A program made the translations under genes and the position numbers. 61,763 bases of DNA from Candidatus Moraniibacteriota bacterium (GTDB lineage: Bacteria; Patescibacteriota; Minisyncoccia; Moranbacterales; UBA2206), in NCBI GenBank assembly GCA_003543115.1, contig DPJH01000004.1:1-61763 (forward strand), read 5' to 3'. Under the pieces are notes generated by a model that saw only the letters and a program-made list of their open reading frames with translations, searched no databases and was not told where the DNA came from. Positions 56,262 through 61,763 of the stretch are shown piece by piece (the stretch's first letter is position 1; the number at the start of each line of letters is the position of its first letter).

Positions 56262-56774
56262 ATGGCAAGAGACAATAAAAATTTTAAAGGAAAAAAGGAA
56301 AAGCCTGAATTTGATCAGAAGCTTCTTGATTTGGCGAGAGTAACTCGTGTGGTTAAAGGAGGAAGAAGATTTCGATTCAGGGCTACTTTAGTAATTGGAA
56401 ACAGGAAAAGCAAGGTTGGGGTAGGAGTTGGGAAAGGAGCGGATGTATCTGATGCCATTAGAAAGGCTTTTGATGATGCAAAAAAGAATTTAGTTACGAT
56501 CAAGATGACTAAGAACACGATTGCTCATGATATTTATTACAAATCAAGAAGCGCTAAGATAATCCTTAAGCCAGCACTTGAAGGAAATGGAATTATTGCT
56601 GGTGGAGCGATCAGAACAGTGGTTGAATTTGCCGGAATCAAGGATGTTGTTTCAAAGTCCTTAGGAGCTTCAAATAAATTGAGTGTGGCTCGAGCAACCG
56701 TAGAAGCTTTATCAACCCTGAATCAAGCTCGAAGCAGAAAAGAGAGGATCGGCGCGGGCAAGGACGCAAGCTAG
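56262..56774 (+). CDS. rpsE: 30S ribosomal protein S5
   Basis: ...VTRVVKGGRRFRFRATLVIGN...GVGVGKG..V..AI.KA. Confidence 0.95.
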   Translation: MARDNKNFKGKKEKPEFDQKLLDLARVTRVVKGGRRFRFRATLVIGNRKSKVGVGVGKGADVSDAIRKAFDDAKKNLVTIKMTKNTIAHDIYYKSRSAKIILKPALEGNGIIAGGAIRTVVEFAGIKDVVSKSLGASNKLSVARATVEALSTLNQARSRKERIGAGKDAS

Positions 56775-56848
56775 TTTTGATGAAAGACAATCTTAGATTA
56801 AAAATATTTGAATAAATAAGTAGGATATAATTGAATAATAAATAGCAT

Positions 56849-57286
56849 ATGCAGATAAATACTCTAAAAATTAAAACTCCCAAAAAGAAAAGAAAAACTA
56901 TCGGACGTGGCGGGAAAAAGGGAACGTACTCAGGAAAAGGAAACAAAGGTCAAAAAGCTAGAAGTGGGGCAAAGGTGGATCCGCTTTTTGAAGGAGGAAG
57001 ATCAACTTTGATTGATCATATGAAGAAAAAAAGAGGATTCAAATCTATCGTTAAGAAAGCAACTACTGTGGATATCGTTAAATTAGAAGAATATTTCAAG
57101 GATAATGATGTGATAACGATTGAATCTTTGGTGAAAGCGGAAATTATTAGAAAAATCCAAGGAACGGCAAGAGTAAAAATTCTTGGATCTGGATCTATTC
57201 AAAAGAAATTGACAATCGCAAAAGGTATTCAAATTAGCGCTTCTGCCAAAAAGGCTATCGAGGCGGCTGGCGGTAAAGTTGAATAA
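56849..57286 (+). CDS. rplO: 50S ribosomal protein L15
   Basis: GRGGKKGTYSGKGNKGQKARSG....FEGG. Directly follows rpsE with no rpmD between them. Confidence 0.93.
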   Translation: MQINTLKIKTPKKKRKTIGRGGKKGTYSGKGNKGQKARSGAKVDPLFEGGRSTLIDHMKKKRGFKSIVKKATTVDIVKLEEYFKDNDVITIESLVKAEIIRKIQGTARVKILGSGSIQKKLTIAKGIQISASAKKAIEAAGGKVE

Positions 57287-57442
57287 TTGCTATAACACAG
57301 GCTGTAAAAGGGTGGCGCAAGTCCCCTTTTTGCTTTTTTATCCGATGAATATTCCTATTTTCTAAATATGGATATAGATGTTATAATGAATATGCTATTA
57401 ATATTTTTAAACGATAAATCTTCACATTTTTGATGGATGTGA

Positions 57443-58735
57443 ATGGAAGGAATAATAAATTATATGTTTGAGAAAATATCGCAGATTTTCAAGGTAAAAG
57501 AATTACGTAATAAAATTTTATTCATTATTGCAATTCTTGTTATTTTTCGATTGATTGCGGCAATTCCTATACCTGGAGTTAATCAGGATCAATTGAAATC
57601 TTTTTTTGAGAATAATCAGTTTTTTGGATTGTTGAATCTTTTTTCCGGAGGAGGCCTTAGCAGCATTTCTATTGTTATGTTGGGAGTGGGACCATACATA
57701 ACTTCTTCGATCATTATGCAACTTTTAACGATGATTTTTCCGAGATTAGAACAGATCTATAAAGAAGAAGGAGAAGCTGGAAGACAGAAATTTAATCAGT
57801 GGACACGCTGGGCAACAGTTCCATTGGCTGCCATGCAAACTTTTGGAATGATTTCTCTTCTTCGGTCGCAAAATATTTTAGGACAAATTTCTAATTTTGA
57901 AATGTTTTCTATTATATCCGTAGCTGTAGCCGGAACGATTTTATTGATGTGGCTCGGAGAGCTTATCACTGAAAAGAAGATAGGAAATGGAGTTTCTATT
58001 ATAATTTTTGCTGGAATTGTTGCCGGTCTTCCATCAAGTTTGTCCCAGCTTTCTGCTACTTTTGATTCATCGCAGCTTTTTACTTATATCATACTGTTGG
58101 CGGTGGTTATTGCCGCTATTTCCGGTATAGTTACTATAACCGAAGGACAGAGAAATATTCCAGTTTCTTATGCTAAGAGAATTCGTGGTAATAAGATGTA
58201 TGGGGGATCATCCACTCATCTTCCACTTCGCGTCAATCAAGCCGGGGTGATTCCTATCATCTTTGCTATGTCAATTATGCTCTTTCCCGGGATGATTGCT
58301 AATTTTTTAGCAACATCATCAAATGAAGTTGTAGCAAATATCGCCAGAAGCGTAGGAAATGTTTTCCAAAATCAGATATTTTATGGTTCAGCTTATTTTA
58401 TTTTAGTAGTAGCTTTCACATATTTTTACACATCAGTTGTCTTCGATCCTCATAAAATATCAGAAAGCCTTCAAAAGCAGGGAGGATATATTCCTGGAAT
58501 CAGACCAGGAAAGAATACGGCGGAATATCTGTATAGAATTATTAATCGTATAACTTTATCAGGCGCATTATTTCTAGGAATCATTGCGGTTTTGCCTTTC
58601 ATTATACAAGGATTTTCAAGTATTAAATCGATATCTATTGGAGGAACCGGGCTTCTTATTGTAGTCTCTGTAGTTATTGAAACAGTAAAGCAGATCGAAG
58701 GCCAATTGGTTATGAGAGATTATGACGGTTTCTAA
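57443..58735 (+). CDS. secY: Preprotein translocase subunit SecY
   Basis: ELRNKILF..A.L..FR....IP.PGV; 10 TM pattern; GG.IPGIRPGK.T. Start could instead be ATG 57464. Confidence 0.95.
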   Translation: MEGIINYMFEKISQIFKVKELRNKILFIIAILVIFRLIAAIPIPGVNQDQLKSFFENNQFFGLLNLFSGGGLSSISIVMLGVGPYITSSIIMQLLTMIFPRLEQIYKEEGEAGRQKFNQWTRWATVPLAAMQTFGMISLLRSQNILGQISNFEMFSIISVAVAGTILLMWLGELITEKKIGNGVSIIIFAGIVAGLPSSLSQLSATFDSSQLFTYIILLAVVIAAISGIVTITEGQRNIPVSYAKRIRGNKMYGGSSTHLPLRVNQAGVIPIIFAMSIMLFPGMIANFLATSSNEVVANIARSVGNVFQNQIFYGSAYFILVVAFTYFYTSVVFDPHKISESLQKQGGYIPGIRPGKNTAEYLYRIINRITLSGALFLGIIAVLPFIIQGFSSIKSISIGGTGLLIVVSVVIETVKQIEGQLVMRDYDGF

Positions 58736-58740
58736 CATGC

Positions 58741-58808
58741 AAATATTCGCGAACATCGAGTGAATTTATTCGAATTATTTGCTTAATAATTGGCGATAAT
58801 TTGAGAGT
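58741..58808 (+). repeat. TCGCGAA...GGCGATAAT leader element (family 2) upstream of adk
   Basis: aaatattcgcgaacatcgagtgaatttattcgaatt...aattggcgataatttg. Confidence 0.45.
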
Positions 58809-59456
58809 ATGAATATTATTATCTTAGGGCAACAAGGAAGCGGTAAGGGTACTCAGGCTGAAAAATTAGCTAGCAAGTTTGATTTGGTCCATATTGATAT
58901 GGGCATGACACTGCGAGAAGTTGCTAAAATGGACAATGAATTAGGGAGGGAAGTTTATGATATTCAGAATGTGACTAAGACCTTGGTTTCTAGTAGAATT
59001 TTACGTGAAGTTTTGCATCTAAAACTTGCTTCCATTCCAATAAACAAAGGGATCGTCTTTGACGGAGTTCCTCGCACATTGGATCAGACTAGCTACATTG
59101 AAGAGTCGTTGCATGATTTTGGAAGACAATTGGATAAGGTTTTCTTTGTGAATATTTCTGAGGAAGAATCAATAAAAAGAATATCCAAAAGATGGACGTG
59201 CGAGTCATGCAAATCTTCGTTGATAATGGGCAGAGATATCCAATCTGGAAATGAAAAATGCCCTCATTGCGGAGGAAAAATTAATCAAAGAATGGATGAT
59301 ACCTTAGAAGGAATTAAAAAAAGATTGCAAGTTTTTAATGCTGAGACTTTGCCGGTAATCCAATATTATAGTGATAGAAGCTTGGTAGTTGAAATTGATG
59401 GAGAGCAGGATATAGAAAAAGTTTTTGAAGATATTATTAAGAATATGGAAATTTAA
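58809..59456 (+). CDS. adk: Adenylate kinase (zinc-lid type)
   Basis: MNIIILGQQGSGKGTQA; lid CESC...CPHCG. Confidence 0.95.
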   Translation: MNIIILGQQGSGKGTQAEKLASKFDLVHIDMGMTLREVAKMDNELGREVYDIQNVTKTLVSSRILREVLHLKLASIPINKGIVFDGVPRTLDQTSYIEESLHDFGRQLDKVFFVNISEEESIKRISKRWTCESCKSSLIMGRDIQSGNEKCPHCGGKINQRMDDTLEGIKKRLQVFNAETLPVIQYYSDRSLVVEIDGEQDIEKVFEDIIKNMEI

Positions 59457-59512
59457 TAATTTAATTTACAAGAGACTTTTTAATTTTATAAGCCATTGGT
59501 AACTTTTAGAAT

Positions 59513-60277
59513 ATGATAATCATAAAATCTGAAAAAGAAATTGAAGCTATGCGCGAAGGAGGAAAAATCTTGGCTGATATTATGGAAAAAGTGGGAGCCC
59601 AGGTTTTTCCAGGAAAAAACACTTTTGAAATAGATGCTCTAGCAGAGAAGCTTATTATTGAGGCAGGAGGAAAACCTGTATTTAAGGGCTATGGAAAAGA
59701 AAGCGGCAATCCTTTCCCAGGCACTATTTGTGCTTCCATAAATCAAGAGATTGTTCATGGAATTCCGAGCAAAAATGTAATTTTAAAAGAAGGGGATATA
59801 TTGAAAATTGATATTGGTATGAGATATAAAGGAATGATCACTGATATGGCTCGTACTTGGGCAGTGGGAAAAATATCCGAGGAAGCTCAGAAACTGTTGG
59901 ATGTTACTCGTGAATCTTTGAATATTGGGATCGGAAAGTTGCGAGCAAAGGGACAGTTATCAAAGTATTCCTGCGCAGTGGAAGATCATGCAAAGAAATT
60001 CGGATTTTCTCCGGTTAGGGATTTGGTGGGGCACGGAGTAGGGAAAAAATTGCACGAAGATCCGCATATCCCAAATTATAAATCCAAGGAGGATGACGTG
60101 AAACTGAAAGAAGGAATGACACTGGCTTTCGAACCTATGATAAATGCAGGGAAGCCTGAAATAAAATTAGGGGAAGACGGATGGACTTATGTTACGCGTG
60201 ACGGAAAGTTAAGCGCTCATTTTGAAGATACTGTTTTGATTACTAAGGGAGGGGTAGAAATATTAACTCGAAAATAA
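59513..60277 (+). CDS. map: Type I methionine aminopeptidase
   Basis: ...ICASINQEIVHGIP..., DIG......TDMART, GHG.G...HE.P, FEPM. Confidence 0.95.
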   Translation: MIIIKSEKEIEAMREGGKILADIMEKVGAQVFPGKNTFEIDALAEKLIIEAGGKPVFKGYGKESGNPFPGTICASINQEIVHGIPSKNVILKEGDILKIDIGMRYKGMITDMARTWAVGKISEEAQKLLDVTRESLNIGIGKLRAKGQLSKYSCAVEDHAKKFGFSPVRDLVGHGVGKKLHEDPHIPNYKSKEDDVKLKEGMTLAFEPMINAGKPEIKLGEDGWTYVTRDGKLSAHFEDTVLITKGGVEILTRK

Positions 60278-60280
60278 TTT

Positions 60281-60682
60281 ATGGGGAAAATAGAAAAATA
60301 TTTAGGTTTGGATTATGGAAAATCTAAAATTGGACTGGCTATAGCTGACAGTGAGATTAGGATAGCTTTTACTTATAGCACTATCGATAATAATAAGCAT
60401 TTTTTTGACGTACTGGGGAAAATACTTGAAATAGAAGAGATAAATAAAATTATAATTGGCAAGTTGGACATGCCTGGAGCTGGAAAAAAAACTTTTGAGG
60501 CAGAGAATATCGGAGAAAAAATCAAGAAGGAATTTAGCATAGAAATTGAATATCATGAAGAAATGTTTTCTACAAAGATGGCAGAAGGCAATCTCAAAGA
60601 GAAAGGAGTGAAGAAGATAAAAAAACTGGACAATCAAGAGGCTGCTAAAATAATTTTGCAAAGCTGGCTGGATAAGAATTAA
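60281..60682 (+). CDS. ruvX: Holliday junction resolvase-like protein RuvX/YqgF
   Basis: YLGLDYGKSKIGLAIAD...; DNQEAAKIILQSWL. Confidence 0.85.
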   Translation: MGKIEKYLGLDYGKSKIGLAIADSEIRIAFTYSTIDNNKHFFDVLGKILEIEEINKIIIGKLDMPGAGKKTFEAENIGEKIKKEFSIEIEYHEEMFSTKMAEGNLKEKGVKKIKKLDNQEAAKIILQSWLDKN

Positions 60683-60916
60683 GGAATGGTCTTTTTCAGA
60701 AAATCGCTCGCTTGTCTTCATTCTATAGCTGTTGTATAATTTCCATAGAAAGAAAAAAATTATCTTTCTCCAAAAAACAAAAACAAAAAACACAACTAAA
60801 ATGAAAATATTAAATCAAAAAAACTTTCTCAAGAAGCAAATAATAAATGTTTGGTTCTTTTTTGTTTTGAAAAACATTAAATAAAACAAATTTTGGATAA
60901 AAACAAAAATAAAAAA

Positions 60917-61763
60917 ATGAAAAAGATAGTTAAAAATTTAAAAAAAGCAATTTTAGCTGTAATAGCACTTATTTGCTTTATATATGTTGGAAAAGTACAA
61001 GCAGCTTGCGGCACAGATACTGTAACTAAAAATTCAATTACCTATGGAACGGTTATTGGAGCTGATGGTAAATGCTGGTTGGATAGAAATCTTGGAGCAA
61101 CACGTGTTGCCACTGCATACAACGATTCGCAATCATATGGATGGCTTTTTCAGTGGGGCAGAGATGTTGATGGACATCAATCAAGAACAAGCGGAACCAC
61201 GACAATTTTAAGCAGTTCTGATTCACCAGGTCATGCGAATTTTATCAGAGCATTAAATTCTCCCTTTAATTGGCGTTCTCCGCAAAATAATTCACTTTGG
61301 CAGGGAGTTGATGGTATAAATAATCCTTGTCCGTCCGGTTTTCGGTTACCAACAAAACTTGAATGGTCTGCAGTAGCTTCTGCTGAAGGTATAAGTGGCA
61401 CTGTTACTGCGTTCAGTTCCGCGTTAAAATTAACTGTGCCCGGCTATCGAGCCAGCGGAAATGGTTCTTTGTATAGTCAAGGGGCCAGTGGATGGTATTG
61501 GGCGAGTACTATTTCTGGTATAACAGGTGCTCCAATTTTTTATCTTGATACGAACAGTGCGAATACAACAGCATATCCTGACATTAATCGTGCTACAGGT
61601 GCATCTGTTCGTTGTGTTATGGACGCACTACCGGAAATTACTGCCATAGTCAATACTAATTCTGTTTCCGCCATCACTGCAACTACAGCAATAGGCAATG
61701 GAAATATTGTTGATATCGGATCTGGCAATCCGGAACGCCAAATTGAATACGGCACCGTCTCCG
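60917..61763 (+). CDS. Fibrobacter succinogenes major paralogous (FISUMP, TIGR02145-like) domain protein, 3' end outside the window
   Basis: Signal peptide (ILAVIALICFIYVGKVQA), then CWLDRNLGA...YGWLFQWGR...CPSGFRLPTKLEW...YWAST...GASVRCV. The ORF runs off the window end, so it is absent from the ORF track. Confidence 0.8.
   Translation, partial: MKKIVKNLKKAILAVIALICFIYVGKVQAACGTDTVTKNSITYGTVIGADGKCWLDRNLGATRVATAYNDSQSYGWLFQWGRDVDGHQSRTSGTTTILSSSDSPGHANFIRALNSPFNWRSPQNNSLWQGVDGINNPCPSGFRLPTKLEWSAVASAEGISGTVTAFSSALKLTVPGYRASGNGSLYSQGASGWYWASTISGITGAPIFYLDTNSANTTAYPDINRATGASVRCVMDALPEITAIVNTNSVSAITATTAIGNGNIVDIGSGNPERQIEYGTVS

Noticed and set aside
57306-57340. Terminator after rplO
   Set aside because: The stem has only 3 G-C pairs plus A-U pairs (aaaaggg...cccctttt). 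T-runs follow, but the hairpin is too weak to call by eye.
1-61763. Alternative genetic code (UGA recoded, as in Gracilibacteria/Absconditabacteria)
   Set aside because: TGA ends several ORFs at family-typical lengths (e.g. the GNAT gene at 10401 and S51 paralog 3 at 7685). Highly conserved proteins (EF-Tu, EF-G, FtsZ, SecY, ribosomal proteins) are full length with no internal TGA. The two in-frame stops I saw are TAA and TAG and are isolated cases.
1-61763. Transposase, integrase or prophage genes explaining the accessory segments
   Set aside because: No ORF shows recombinase, transposase, capsid or terminase motifs. The island-like interpretations rest only on context, composition and repeats.

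Overview
AT-rich bacterial chromosome fragment read with the standard code: TGA, TAA and TAG all end well-conserved genes. It is almost certainly from a reduced-genome Candidate Phyla Radiation / Patescibacteria-type organism. Support: rpmD (L30) is missing between rpsE and rplO; ComEC is encoded as two ORFs; the only ribonucleotide reductase is class III (nrdR-nrdD-nrdG); HisRS, NrdD, S19 and L22 carry Lys-rich extensions; most genes lack a Shine-Dalgarno sequence; and a Fibrobacter-type paralogous-domain protein is present.

Layout:
- 1-9.7 kb: accessory stretch ending at tRNA-Gln. It holds DUF3800 and TIGR02391-like genes, three peptidase-S51 paralogs, a flavoprotein, an aminotransferase, a SLOG-like protein and MazG-like pieces. 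Several reading frames there are visibly disrupted.
- 9.8-21.7 kb: housekeeping genes (pth, LCP, lepB, hisS, rpsU, ybeY, dgkA, ftsA, ftsZ).
- 21.8-27.1 kb: tandem array of three signal-anchored Cys-rich paralogs. Two of them combine TPR repeats with a thrombospondin type-1-like repeat.
- 27.2-36.8 kb: lexA, nrdR, a split nrdD, nrdG, comEC, ndk, rpmB.
- 36.9-47.2 kb: rpsL-rpsG-fusA, separated from tuf by a 5.7-kb insert of small Cys-rich or membrane proteins plus recQ and ogt.
- 47.3-60.7 kb: S10-spc ribosomal operon through secY-adk-map-ruvX.

Most notable non-coding signals:
- Heptamer-repeat inverted hairpins, (TAGTTKG)n ... (CTAAAAA)n, fill the longer spacers of the ribosomal operon.
- A second leader motif family (TCGCGAAT ... 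GCGACAAT).
- A GC-rich palindromic mini-element occurs once in an operon spacer and as a tandem in-frame insertion inside pth.

All coordinates of hairpins, repeats and alternative starts were derived by hand and may be off by a few nt. No folding, HMM or database search was possible.
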